Notes: generated by a model from the sequence alone, not told the origin. 64,000 nucleotides of DNA from Phoronis australis (GCA_002633005.1 NMRA01000555.1:161514-225513), one strand, 5' to 3'. Counted from the stretch's first letter, positions 13,271 through 26,085 are shown. Program-made: numbers and translations.

Positions 13271-13960
13271 CTTTCTTTGAAAATAGCTGTTCTTTTTCAA
13301 AGGCTTTGTTCGTTGTCTCCGATATAGAAAGTAGGATTTGACAACAGATCTGCACTGGATGGGAAGATCTTGCTGGTTAGCTGCAGTCAAATGCTTAAAA
13401 CGAATTTTTCGCCATTCAGGGACAGTGCAGAAGAGATGCATATCTGCTCTGCACAGTACAAGCCCTCAAACCTAAAAAACAAAGATCACGTGAAAACAGA
13501 CATGATAGATTTCCATTTCAACGTGTGATAGATTTTCGGAAGACATAGTATAGGGAGTAAACAAATAGTCTAATGGATATTTGCCACGTACCCGTTACCA
13601 TTGGGCTTGGATTGTAATCTTAACTTACTAACCAATATCGAGTTGACATCATAAACATTCAGCATTGATAAACCTGTTAGAAATCATTGCAAACAATAAC
13701 ACTGATTTGATGTACGAAAAGATCCCGAGTGCTACGTCAAGTATCGTAGCACACATCACAACAACTATAGATTAACCGGGCTGGCAACTGCCGCGAAGTC
13801 GACATCAGCGAGTACCTCAGTTAACAGGCATAAGTAGAATAAACATGTAATAATCATTAAAATGATCACAAACCTTACCTTTGTATAAGATCTTGCTTAC
13901 TTCCTCTCATAGAAGCACCCTTTTCACACAATCTCAGATTCAGTTGGCACGGCTGCAAGC
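13271..13960 (-). pseudogene. Decayed spliced SAP-domain-like coding relic, probably a transposon accessory gene
   Basis: An exon ending at 13879 (AG|gtaagg) joins the acceptor ttttttag| at 13471 to give QLNLRLCEKGASMRGSKQDLIQRF, a SAP-like L..L..xG...xG.K.DLI.R pattern. Downstream PEWRKIRFKHLT...DLP...VVKSYFLYR needs a frameshift. A further donor gtatgt lies at 13270. Confidence 0.45.
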
Positions 13961-13979
13961 CATTTCACCATGTATTTAA

Positions 13980-14857
13980 AGGCTGCTTAAGGTTATTTCA
14001 AACCTTATTTAGTGGCCTCTATTCCAACTCGTATATCAAAAAAACTAAGCTTTGTCAACAAGTAAAAGTATATATTTTCTGAAAGAACAAATACCAGGAA
14101 ATATAAATATACTTTTTGTATTTATTTGTCATTATTATTTTTACGTAAAAACTTTTTTAAGTAAAAATTTCATTTTTAAAGTGTACGCAACATGACTCTA
14201 GTACCTCAAAATAAATTTTATTATTATATCTTACTTGATTTTAGTGCCTTTAGTGCACAGCTCATAAAGAAACACGTAAAAATTGAAAAAAATAATAATT
14301 ATGTACAACGTCATGGGTTGAACCCAAGTCGTTCGGCACACTGTTCGGATCAGCAAGTAATTGTATCAAGTGAAATGAAAGTAAAGTATATTTAGCGTCG
14401 AGAAGGTTCGTAGAGGGATGAAAAGATGTGTTTGCGGAGGCTGCAGCAACAGCAGTCAGACGGAAAACGTCTCGGTGTTCCGAAGGACGCCTAAGTTGCG
14501 CAGTAGTGGCATCGCTTCGTGCGCCGAACGAGAGTGCCGTGGGACCTCAGCGTGGACCAAGCAATTCTGTCCGGAGCCACTCTGTGTTCTGCCCAATTTG
14601 AGGAGTCGTGTTTCGACTCCAATCAGAGGAGATGTTACGATGAACGCCTGGTTCAATAAAGGACAATATTTACTATTCAGAAACATCGGCTCTTTATTCA
14701 GGATCGTCTGTTGGATGACTGGGTTGACTGGCCGAGCCCGAGGCCGCTTCTCTCGCGGGAGGATCCAGCTCGTAAGGCCTCAAAGTAGAAAAGTACGCAG
14801 CTGAAAACATATCAAACTCGTTCTCGCTTTCGTGCAACCCCATTTCGTCATCCTGGC
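13980..14857 (+). mobile_element. Kolobok-like DNA transposon relic with a decayed THAP zinc finger, truncated by the assembly gap
   Basis: TTAA|AGG terminus at 13976-13982. From 14418: MKRCVCGGCSNS..(fs)FPKDA*VAQ*WHRFVRRTR..TLCSAQFEESCFD..TIF, the THAP C2CH consensus with a frameshift and stops. Confidence 0.7.
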
Positions 14858-14931
14858 NNNNNNNNNNNNNNNNNNNNNNNNNNNNNNNNNNNNNNNNNNN
14901 NNNNNNNNNNNNNNNNNNNNNNNNNNNNNNN
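14858..14931. other. Assembly gap (run of N)
   Basis: 74 consecutive n. Confidence 1.
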
Positions 14932-16247
14932 TAAGTTATGTTACGTTCTTTATACAGTGTAGTGAAAATTTATTTGCCGCAGTCGTAAGACCACCTATAT
15001 TTTGTCGATTAAAAACAGACGTGTTCATTGACAAAATCAAAGTTTTGAGAAAACTCAGAAAAATCCTATCTAGTCTCAATTCCAAACAATTCAAATCTAA
15101 TCACTTGTAAAAAGTAAAGATTCAGCAATGTAGGGACATTGCTTGCCGTAGTCTTCTGCTCTACAGTTCTACCGGTAAATGATTGTTGAGATCAGGTGTG
15201 TACATGTATGTGAGTGCTTGTGCGGATGTGTGAGTGCTTCTGTTTATCGTGTATGTGTTAATGCTGTATTAAGTCTACAGTACTGTGCGTTTGGAAATAC
15301 TAGAGTCTTAATGCAATTATCAGCAACACTTTGTTGAAAATATCACACGACTTAATCTAGGTCTGCCCTGTATTTGGAAACAATTGATAACGGATTTTAT
15401 TAGTGTCATTGGTTGAACTTGCGGACTTGTGATTGATTGAGGCTGCGAAGTGAAGTTAAGTAATCGAAACGCATTAAGGCGGTTCTAGGCTGCACAACTG
15501 TCAAGCAGATATAAATTAGAGTGATAACAAAAATCGCAATTAAGAGCCCCTTGTACGGTACTTAGGTGACAGTTGAGTGGCCGGATAATGATTTTTGCGC
15601 AAAAAGTACATTAGATTTAAAAGAGAAAACAGGTCGCCTCGGGTGAAAGGCGGATTGGACACCAATTAACCAGTTCTTCAGAAAAGCCAGCACGTGTCCG
15701 GCTTAAGCAGCATGACTAGAGTGATGAAATTACAAAAAGATCTAAAGCTTTGATGTATTTGAAAAGTCGTATAGCGTTTTGTGGGTGGTATGGAAACACT
15801 AGTAGCCAGCATGTGTAATTCTGCTGCCATGTCGCAACATCATTGTCACCGAATAGGTTTGACTAAGCTCGAACTGAAAACCCAGGCGTGTTGAGCAGAG
15901 TCAGGGGGTAATGGCTGTCTCAGGAGAAGCGCGACGTCTATTGAAAAAGAAGGACATTAAAACCGCATCCACCGCAAAATATACAGAGAAGAAATAATCT
16001 ATTCACGCAGTAAGGATTGGTGTCTATCGAGACGGGTGAAACTGATGGTCATAAGGGGTGCTAGATATTTTATTGCGCCTGTGATTGAGCAAGTTTTATT
16101 CACATGCACACCCCGAATACAGTAGCCAAGTCCAGCGAATATGAAATAGCCTTACCAGCTAATTAATGATAAAATATTTATAAAATTGTCATACGAACAA
16201 AATAGTAGACATATGTTATGTCTAGTTGTAGAAGTAATAGTACCAGT

Positions 16248-16270
16248 AGCAGCAGCAGCAGCAGCAGCAG
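16248..16270. repeat. (AGC)n microsatellite
   Basis: About 8 AGC units. Confidence 0.9.
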
Positions 16271-17069
16271 TATTAGAAGCAAAGGCAAGAGTGGAAATAT
16301 TATTTCTACATTCTACTCTCCAAGAATCCATCCAGGTGGATTAGGTTTGTGGAACCGCCGCCTCCAAAAGAGCAATGTTTCTGGTACAAACTTTTATGAA
16401 AATGTGATTTTCTGAAAAGTGAATTAAGACTGAAATTTGTCTGAACGTTCCTGCTTCATAATTGCCGAGTAATGGCTTTAAACAAGTAATTGTAAGTTCC
16501 CCACTGTCCAGAAATAATTTATAGAAATTATCTAAGAAACTAGCAGCCAGTATTTTATCAGAGACTTTGCATGTTGGCTCAAATGATATTCAAATATTTT
16601 TCAAAAATACTTATGCGGAGCGTAATACAAAATGTCTTACTTCGGTATTAGGTCCCTTTTCATGAAAAAGACCCCTGATCTCTACGAGTGCGTCACTTTT
16701 TCGTGTCCACTTTTTAAATGTGTGGGTATCCTCATATTCCAGTTACATATCGCGTAAAATACATAGTTGGTCATCCGTATACTAATGACACTTAAAACCT
16801 TGAGCATCATGTACTGTCGCCATCTAATGTTCGGACACAGCGTAAGCAATTTCCCAAATGTCTCGTAAATTACCTGTGGCCACTAATTGAGTTTAGTCTT
16901 CAGCAAAAATCTTCAGCTATTTGTCCGTAAACACCAAGCTCAGAAATGTCTTCTTACTTGTAGAGTATAAACTTTCAAGTTCAACCTAAACAGACAGATG
17001 CCCGGAGCTCTACAGTGTATGTCGCTGGATATTGAAACTTTTCGGACAGTGGTCAGATTATTAGTTGAA

Positions 17070-17790
17070 TTCAGAATGACGTGACTTTACTTACACCACT
17101 AGAATCAAAACCAAATGTCTCGGAACGCAGACAGTTGTAGACTGCGCCGCAAGAAACTCACGAAATCGCGAGTTTTCGCGAGGCCATGTATCACGTGATC
17201 ACACTATAGCTTTATTTTAAGTCCAGGGCCGAGTTGCATAAAGCTTCAAAAGATATCCGCTGGATAAGGTTGATTGTTGCATGACGTCATGTGCATTGTT
17301 CAACAATAATAACGTGACGCGTGATAATGCGGCGTCATTGTTGCTATACGGCGTATAACTTTTATGCAACTGGGCCCAGATGATTAGAACCCGGGTCATC
17401 AGTTCTGGTGAAGGACGAAGTACATCCAGATAAAAACGCCTAGTGAGAACTTGTACGACCCACACAACCACAGAGAACACATATAGTATAAATCTGTAGT
17501 GTTCAAAATTAGAAATGAATTCAACGAATTGCAAACTGATCTAGACACGAGCTGACACATCACGTGACGCCGGCGACCCTGATCATTGGCCGTCGGGCTT
17601 CACGTGCCGAGCTCCAAGCAACGCGAGTGGAGACGACTGTGGCCACTCCATGACAAACCTTATGCAAGGAACGCCTCTGTCAATAATCTATTACGAATGC
17701 GTTAAAAATTACATCTCATTAGTAACCGCGTCATATTAAGCACATCTGAGGACCGACTCGTCTCAGATGAGCAGCTAAACCCATGCCATC
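17070..17790 (+). promoter_or_regulatory. Putative promoter/5' region of the GPCR gene
   Basis: Locally CpG-rich and immediately upstream of the GPCR ATG. Contains TCACGTG E-boxes at 17191, 17560 and 17600, a full CRE TGACGTCA at 17282 and an inverted CCAAT (ATTGG) at 17585. Confidence 0.45.
17227..17376. mobile_element. PIF/Harbinger-like MITE with 3-bp CAG TSD
   Basis: TIRs GGCCGAGTTGCATAAAG / CTTTTATGCAACTGGGCC, with CAG at 17224-17226 and 17377-17379. Confidence 0.75.
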
Positions 17791-17793
17791 AAC

Positions 17794-17929
17794 ATGGCTG
17801 GCATCAATTACATCGCGGACAATACAACTTTGTCGTTGATTAGCAACGTCCGTGGTAACACGAGTGGTGATGACTACGGACCTAGTCAGCTGTCTGTTGT
17901 TGCGGTGGCGATCTTGCTTTGCGCCATAG
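17794..17929 (+). CDS. Class A neuropeptide-type GPCR (NPR-15/trissin-receptor-like), exon 1: N-terminus and start of TM1
   Basis: aacATGG context. Translates MAGINYIADNTTLSLISNVRGNTSGDDYGPSQLSVVAVAILLCAI, with N-glycosylation sequons NTT and NTS. Donor G|gtgagt, phase 1, matches exon 2. Confidence 0.85.
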
Positions 17930-18792
17930 GTGAGTACCTGATAACGAAAAAATGAAGACAGTCACACTTTATATCTTCGATCAAAATTTAGAGATAAATA
18001 AATTAAACAATGCGTTATCTCTTTATCGGGACTTAAACGAGTAAAATGTGCCTTTTTAAACATTGCAGTGGAACAAATATTAAAACTAAATGAGATTAAA
18101 TAAAATCGACTAATCTTGAGGTGATTTCCAGTGACGAAAATTAAGGAAGTCATGGAGGCTGAATTATCGAAACTGGCGTTTAAAAATATTTATGAACAAT
18201 GCAAGTTTGTCTTGATGAAAATATATCTGTCTGTTTACGGTATGGTTTACACGCGATTTAAAGGAATATTTGAGAAGTTGGAGATTGCCCGTGTAGTGAC
18301 ATTGTGATAGACTACGGCACTAACGACCGTCATCATTCAACTAATCAACGTATTATCGCCTACATTCTAACTCATGTTAGTCGACTTCAGGTGATTTTAA
18401 TTGTGTGATTTGTCACGCAAATTGCACGCTGTATATGTGTGTGTGTATCATTCACGGAGCCCAAATTTGAAGTTGTATCTCGCCACGCACGCGCGATCGT
18501 GGTTAAAGGGGACTAATGCTAACACTAGAGGTCTTCGCCTAAGGACAAGGTCTTGGTTCTTTTGTGGTGCTCTTCATCGAGAATAATGAAAATGTGATCG
18601 CTTATTGACTCGTAGAAAATTGAGCAAGTAAAGAAATCCAGATTTTTAAATAGGCTGTGGGCCGTACCTTAGATATTTTCAATCTGTGGTCCATGGGGAC
18701 AACTTCATTTTCCTGTGTAGATAAGTGTTTCTTCAAGCATTTGATATTCGTAAACTTCCTGCATTTGAAGTTGCATACACTGTATGTATCGT

Positions 18793-18860
18793 AAAGACTT
18801 CGTGAGATTACGTGAGATATTGTCGGGTATTTTAAATGAGAACACGTGATTTTGGCTAGG
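18793..18860. repeat. Short dispersed repeat, second copy at about 49223-49300
   Basis: aagacttcg(t/c)gagattacgtgagatattg....gtattttaaatgagaacacgtg occurs at both sites. Confidence 0.65.
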
Positions 18861-21250
18861 TTTTTCTGCTAGCGAGACAGCTACTGAACAGTACACAGTT
18901 TTTAATGCCCTCCTAATAGACATGCACTATTATTGAGCAAGAGGTGGCGCTGCATGCTGCCTCTTCAGTCAATCGCAAAACACTGGGGATGTGTAGAATG
19001 TATTACGGTATCGCTTCACGTACTGCAGTGTTCTTCCACATGTGTTGCTGTAGGTGATTGCTATAGTATACCCGGTACGCATTTAAACCGTAAACTCAAC
19101 TTGTCGCGTGTGTATTTTCGTGAATTACGTTGCCACAAGTCAATGATTGCGTCACGAAGATAATAGGAGTGTGCGTCAATCGTTCGCCAAGTGTTGTCAC
19201 TGACATCCTCCTCGTGTTCACAAGAGTCCCGGGTTTTGAGAACCGGCTTGATGCCTGTTATGAAGTGGACAAAAGTGGTTCTCAAAGTGTGAGACCCCCT
19301 GTTACAATTACGTGTGCAAGTACAGGACAAGTAACAAAAGCAGGATGGGCAAGACCAACTACTAAATGCTGGCTTTGTGTTTGTCTTCAAAAGGTCATAT
19401 TCATTAACGTACTGAATGGTGAAAAATGAAACTGATAATCGGGCAAATCTTCAACTTTCCAGTTCTGTTGATATCCATTACAAATAATGTAAGCGTCAAC
19501 GAATACTTGTTTTCACAACAGCTGCGTCTTCTGTAGGGGTCTAGAGCATACTGTTTCTAAATGGATGTTACTGATGAAATTAATGTCATATGTATCACAT
19601 TTTTAAAAATTCTTTTTCCAACCGTGATTGTAGCAAGCTTTTGATTTTTACGGTATTTTGTACACTCGTAGTTATTATTATCATTTACATGTTATTCCAT
19701 TCCATACACTTTTACATTTTGTGCAAGTACAAAGTATGTACAATTTAGAGCACGTAAAACCATTTGAATATGCAAGTTTGACCTTTTCAGAGTTCTGAAG
19801 CTTACATTGATTCGGTTTGATATTGTTACCACAAACTGTCAGCAACTTTAGTAAATGTAAAGTAGACAAACGTGCAAAATTGTTTCCATTAAAATCGCAA
19901 AAAAATCATTAGAACTTCATTTTGAAACCAAATTTACCTTTATCTATTATAAAAGAAGATTGCGTTACCCTTCCCACAGGTCCATATCGGTATTATGGTA
20001 TTTGGACACCTATATTCTCCTCCCCAACAGTTCCGCAACTAGTAAGCTACCGTTGTTATCCTTGCCCAATATTATGTTCTCCCGTCCCAACATTCTCTCT
20101 GCTCAAAATTCCTGAGATCCTATGTCCCTATTCATGATGCCTTCCCGGCTCAGTGCTAACTGGTTAGTTATAACGAAGGGCATCATTCCTTCGTATTATT
20201 AGTCTTCGTCAGTTGTCTAACAGATCCTGTAGAAAATTTCGCCTAGGATATGTGTCTGAGCTACCGTCCTGATTTTTTTAATCAAAATATTTTGCTCGAA
20301 GATCAGAAAAGTATAAACAGTGCAATCGACTAGAACTACATTACGTGGAGAATACGGTCAGTTGTGACCTACTTTTCATTTGGCGGAATTTGGCAGATGG
20401 CAGAACAAAAATATCGGCGAATCTTCACTGATTTTGTTCGAAATGTCCGGAATTCTATGGCATCGTACACATAATTCGACTTTAAGGTAAATATCCATCT
20501 TTACATGAACATATTAGATCAGAGGCCTTGTCAGTTTTCAAGTGAAGGTGAATCCCGTGTGGGGCGGAACTTCCCTGGCTCCGAAATACTTTTCCTCGAA
20601 CATTTTTTTTCATCGTCGCAGCTTTACAAATTCTCAGCTGAAAAGTTCCGCCTGTTGTCTTTGTCAAAGCGTTTTCGGAAAGGCCAAAAAACACCCATCA
20701 ATTCCACCAGGAACGTCATTTAGCGACTGTATTTGCCTATGATCTGACATGTTGCTCGTTTGTCGGGTGTCACGTGACTTTTTGCAAGGAGGCGGAGCTT
20801 GCGATAGGTCAATTACAGGGTGAGTGGACGAGATTTTTAGTGTGCGTTAAGCTAGAAATATGTGTTACTCTTTACGTATGATCAGTGCCGTGTCATCAAC
20901 TAAACTACGCCATAGGGCCCGGAGCACGACATTGTCTCACAAAGAAGTTTTGTTTAGAAATCTTATGACCACCGTAAACCATGTGTGCGTCGACCGAAAG
21001 TATTTTCGAGAGCAAAAGGCTCCGTGTATGAAACAACATAAATGTGCTTATTATAGGCACTGCAAGTTGCTATACTAAGTTGTTTTACTGCAAAGCACGT
21101 TTTGCTTGTGAACTGTTCCTTATCTCCATCAGTAACTCAATTTTGATGGAGGCTTGAGTAGGCGAGCAGCTGTTTACGATGTCTCTTCAATGACGTTTAA
21201 TCGAGTATCGCTGAATGCATCAAAAGAACACCTAAACAATCGAGAACTGG

Positions 21251-21400
21251 AAATACATATACGTATAAATACATATACGTATAAATACATATACGTATAA
21301 ATACATATGCGTATAAATACAAATACGTATAAATACACATACGTATAAATACACATACGTATAAATTCATATACGTATAAATACATATACGTATAAATAC
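21251..21400. repeat. 16-bp minisatellite (AAATACATATACGTAT) x about 9.4
   Basis: Directly visible tandem array with few substitutions. Each unit carries the palindrome ATACGTAT. Confidence 0.95.
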
Positions 21401-24400
21401 CTACATGTAACTAGTGTCAAACTTTTCTCGTTGATAACTTCGTCGGAGAATTCAAATTTTGCACGCGCGTACGTCATACAAATTAGCTACGACTCTATTA
21501 TGTTTATATAAAATTGACTTAAAAGAAGTTGGATTTTTACCTTAAAAACCGAAATATCAGCAACCAACCAAAATGTTTTTAAAATTATTTCCAAGTATTT
21601 ACTGATAGCTGATAACCTAGATGTTTGATGTCACGAGTTTCCCTCGATCACAGACTAGAACATAAGTGATTTTTTAAATCTACCCAAGCTCTACAGTATT
21701 TTATATTCCAGAAAGCATTGAAAATCGAAAGTTGGAAAATGATCTATCAACATTTTTCACGTAATTATTGAATGCGTCCCAAGTAACTGGGACATTTGGA
21801 ACATAGAAATACTTTAAAATTTTTCCATTTTAAAAGTATTTGAAAATAACTACAAGAGTAGTCACGACAAACAGAGTTATCATTTTATTCAACAGTAGCA
21901 TTTTCAACAAAAATCTACGAAGGTTGTCTTTTTACCGTAGTTACAATTAAGTGCAATAAACAATCTAAGGAGCCCTTTTCAAATTATTGCGTAAAATAAA
22001 CAATACGGTGCTCAATTTTTTTCTAGAACTGGCGACAAATCGAGTACCAGAATATGGAATTTTAATCGTTTTTTTCGCCATCTCAGGCAGCCACCGAATT
22101 ATTCCAGGAATCCTGTGGCTACAAATTGAACAGTGAATGGACATACAAGTTTACGCAACATAGTAAAAGTTTACTAGAACGGTCAGCTAGTCCCCGAAGT
22201 AACGTACACTGTATAATATATTTCAAGTAGACTTTTCAAGTTAATGCACGCACAAAGAGCAATTTTAACAAAGTAATAATGACCGACGAAAGCTTCCGTA
22301 ATGGATACACGTAAAAAAGCGTCAATTGTCAGGTGACCTGAATCACTATGAAGGGAATATTTTTTGTCACGGCCGCCATTAATTCGCGGATTTATTTGGT
22401 TTGTGCACCTTCCGGATTTTACGCTTTCTTTTACAGCGCATGCACTTTCGTTCTCAAGGCCTTCGTGTGACCAGAAGAAAAACTTACCAGTGACAAAATG
22501 GCGACACCTCGCCAAAAGTTGTCGCCTCGTTTTTTTCCTGGGAATTTTAATTACAAAGAAGGAAAGTTTCTGATCATCGAAAACGCTCACATGCCTTGGT
22601 AAGCGCTCAAACATAGCCTAATTAGACGTTACTCAAGTCTCATTTTGGGAAGAAGTTCATTAGCAATTTGAACGTGACTTGACGTTTCATCCGGTTTTCT
22701 TCGCTTAAATCACTATTTGTGTGAAAGAACATTGATTTCCAAACTCGAATTTTAATTTGATATACAGTTATTTGTTTTGCAAAGAGACTATGCGTTGGCC
22801 AGTGACATGATAGTCACGCATTCGGAAATTCTCGTTATATTTTCTTCTCGCAACGGCAGTCATTGAAGTCACTTTTTTCAACACTAAAAATAACGTAATC
22901 AGGCTTTGTTCAGTCACTTTTCCGTCAACAGATCGTTAGCACAGATATTCGCTGTGAAAGTAGACTTTGAGTTAACCTACTTTTTAAGAATATCTCAAAC
23001 CTTAATGACAAACATTGGCTGTTTTCACTATATTTTAAATATGCATGTCTAGCAAAGTAACTTATCTTCATTTTCGGGCAACTTCAAATACGAATTACAT
23101 AGAAAAAAATTTAGAAGAACCAGTTTCAATCGCGTGGAAATTTGATTACTACTTATCCGATATCAAAGGTTACAGGGCTGTCTCTAAAATCGAATCTCCT
23201 ACCATGCATGGAGCAGTTCCGTGTACATGTATCGGAAAACGAAAACTAAACGTTTTGATCATGAGGGAGCTGTGCCTCTGCGTGCATAGGATCGATGAGA
23301 ACGCCAATGCATCGAGTCCGACCGAGTCGCCGTGACTTTGTGTTCACAAACACAGCAAGTTGTGAACAAAACATCCTCACCCAAATTCATTAATATGATA
23401 GGTAATTTCGCCATTTCGATCCCGTGCTCATGGCGCACTTTAACCACCGACTCGATTTGTTTTATCCATTCCTTGATCTAGTCTCACGGCGCGTGGTGTG
23501 GATCATAATGAACTGTTGGCCTACTTAACTGGCCCCGCCTTTGTCCTAGTTTGACCCGGGAACATTCACAAACTTAAAACATTTTAGTCATAATTAAGTT
23601 AATTACGCATTGCAAATTCGGTTGACGTTGAATGTTGAAATAGCGAAAATGGTTAAGGCATTCATATTGTATGTTGAATTGACCAGAAACATGTTTTCAC
23701 CGAATAATTAAGAGATAACCGTCAGATTTTGAGTACTTTCACTCAGCTCCGGCAACTAGATTTAATTTGAACTTCGGAACACAAGTCCTCGAAAACGGTT
23801 CCGTGAACTTCACTGAAACTTTCATTGTTAGTATTTATTTATCAATTTTAAAAAGGTTGTAAAGATTTTCCTTTTAAACACCGTAAGATAGACAAATACC
23901 ACTGTTTTTTTTACAAAATATCTTACGTTTTGCAAGATATTTTTGTATAGAAAAAAAACTAAGTGAGTCGTCAAAAATTCCTAGCAATGTTTTTGAGGAA
24001 AATTGTATAGTTTTAGCCTAAAAAGGTTTCATTAAAATCGATCAAGAGTTATTTTGCTGTGAATGAAAACACGATATTTTTACTTAAAAGTGGTGGATGC
24101 ATAATTAGGATAAAGGCACCTAAATATACTTATAAAGCATTTTTTTAAAATCCCTGTTTTTTTTTGCTTTCAGAAAATAGTTTCATATTTTTACAAGATG
24201 ATGTAGTATGTTTGTTATACATACGTTGAATTAAGATCAGTAAATAGGGTTTGATATAATATTGAGGTGCATGTCCTGTAGTAGTCTGAAATCAGGCTTT
24301 GTCCGGCAAAAAATACCTCCAAAAGTTGCCACAAATGGGACAAGATTTGTTTGTTTAAAAGGATACTAAACCCTGTTTTGAGGATTTCAACCAATCTTGG

Positions 24401-24479
24401 ACATATCACCTGTTAATGTATCAGTGTCATCAATCTTAAACGATGAAGTCAGCAATCAACAAGTAAGGCATACTCCCTG

Positions 24480-26085
24480 TGTCACAGATTGGATATCATG
24501 GTCCTTGGTGAGTGGTCTTTCGCCACATCTGCCGTGTAATTTACTTAAACCGTAGGTCTAGCTTGCCCATGTAGCAGGTTTTGAAAGGATTTGATGAACA
24601 TCCAAATTTTCCCGGCATGTTTCGAGGTGTACTTCTCTTTCCCAAAGGTACAAGAACCGGCATGATGTAAAGTTCAGTATTTTCTTCGGTATTTCTTGTG
24701 TGCACAACCAGCGTCGTCACACTCGGGGCAGACCCATAGATTCTCGGGTTTCCACGTCATCAAGTCGGACAAGGTTCTTTGACTAACCACTCCGACCAAC
24801 TGCTGCTTACACAGTCGTCAGGCCATGCAACTGGCTATCAACACTACAGCCTCTCTCATGTCCAAACAGTTTCATTCTGTCAATTGCATCTCCATTCTCC
24901 TGTGGCTCCATCTCTCTGAGCGCTCCGAGAATCTCACCCTCTCTCAATCTGAGGGCGCCCCCTGTATTGGTGCATTTCTCGCTAATTTGTCAGCTTTCTC
25001 ATTTCCGGTGACACCGGCATGCTAAGGGGAGAATATCCAAGTCAGCTTTCTTAGTAAATGCAGCAGCCAATCGGATTTGAGATATCCCTTTTCGATTTTT
25101 CTCAGCATCGTCTCAGAGTCTGTCACAAAAACTGCGCAGGTATGAGTGCTTTCCTGTAGTCATGCAAGTGCCTTTTCAGCAGCAACCTCATCCATCTTCA
25201 TACTAGATGCCGTGATCTCATATGCCTCACCATTTTCTGCTACTATCTTGCCATATACATTGACTACATCGCCCCATCCAGATCTTTCTCCTTTTTTAAC
25301 CGATCCATCAGTGTACACCACAGCATCTCCCTCACCACAATTTTCATAGACCAGCTCGAGAATTTCACTGTTAACTGCACAAGCCGCCCTGTCACGACAC
25401 TCTCGGCCCATGGTAATGACAACCCTGGTGAATCTGCTATCTGTTTTGTCATCCATCTTCATATACTCTTCTCCTCTACGAACCAAATCCAGCTCACACA
25501 CTCTTTCTACTGTGATCTGCGCTGCTGCCAACCATGATTTGCAACAATTTATTCTGGTGCCTTTGGGTACAGCCAACTGATCATGCAAGAAATGTCTCCT
25601 GTTTTTAGCCAACCGGAACATTGCTTTCACCTGGGCTAGTGTGTGCCTTTGTTCAACACTCGAGAGCCCCAGAATGTATCTCATTGCTGCTATTGGGATG
25701 TCCTGGGTACATTCAAGGATAATTTGCATCCCAGTGTTCTGTATCCTCTCTAATTTCACCATTTGTGTCTCGGATGCTGTGAAGATGCCCAATCAATGAC
25801 TAACAATACTACCGCCTTGCAGAAGATCAATAGCTGGCGTTGTTCTACTCTACAGGTGGCCGTGGTCTTTATTGCAGCTAGTCCATGTGCGCACCGCTTA
25901 ATTAAGTGGTTCACATGCTCTTTGTAACTCAACGTCCTGTCAAACGTTATCCCCCGGAACTTAAGACAAGGTACTCTTTCCACTTCCTCTCCCCCTCTTC
26001 TCACTTGTGTCAGATCTTACTTTACAATATATGTGGTTATCCAGAGAACACCAGAGCGCTACTGTCTTAGCGGGGTTCACAACTG
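24480..26085 (-). mobile_element. 5'-truncated, decayed LINE with RT C-terminus and RNase H (I-group-like)
   Basis: ORFs 25756-26004 (LKFRGITFDRTLSYKEHV) and 25160-25792 (LERIQNTGMQII, YTDGSVKKGERSGWG RNase H motif). Continues with VTDSETML, WIFSP*HAGVTGNEKADKLA and a terminal WVCPECDD. Confidence 0.9.

Noticed and set aside
14418-14804. Functional host THAP-domain gene (128-aa ORF)
   Set aside because: THAP homology switches frame after about 20 codons, contains stops, and the Zn-binding His is replaced by Gln, so it is a relic.
19061-19429. Overlapping ~100-aa ORFs on both strands in GPCR intron 1
   Set aside because: No recognisable domain or consistent splice structure.
21251-21400. CRISPR array, or coding repeat (ORF 21174-21386)
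   Set aside because: A simple spacer-less minisatellite; the ORF is a by-product of the repeat.
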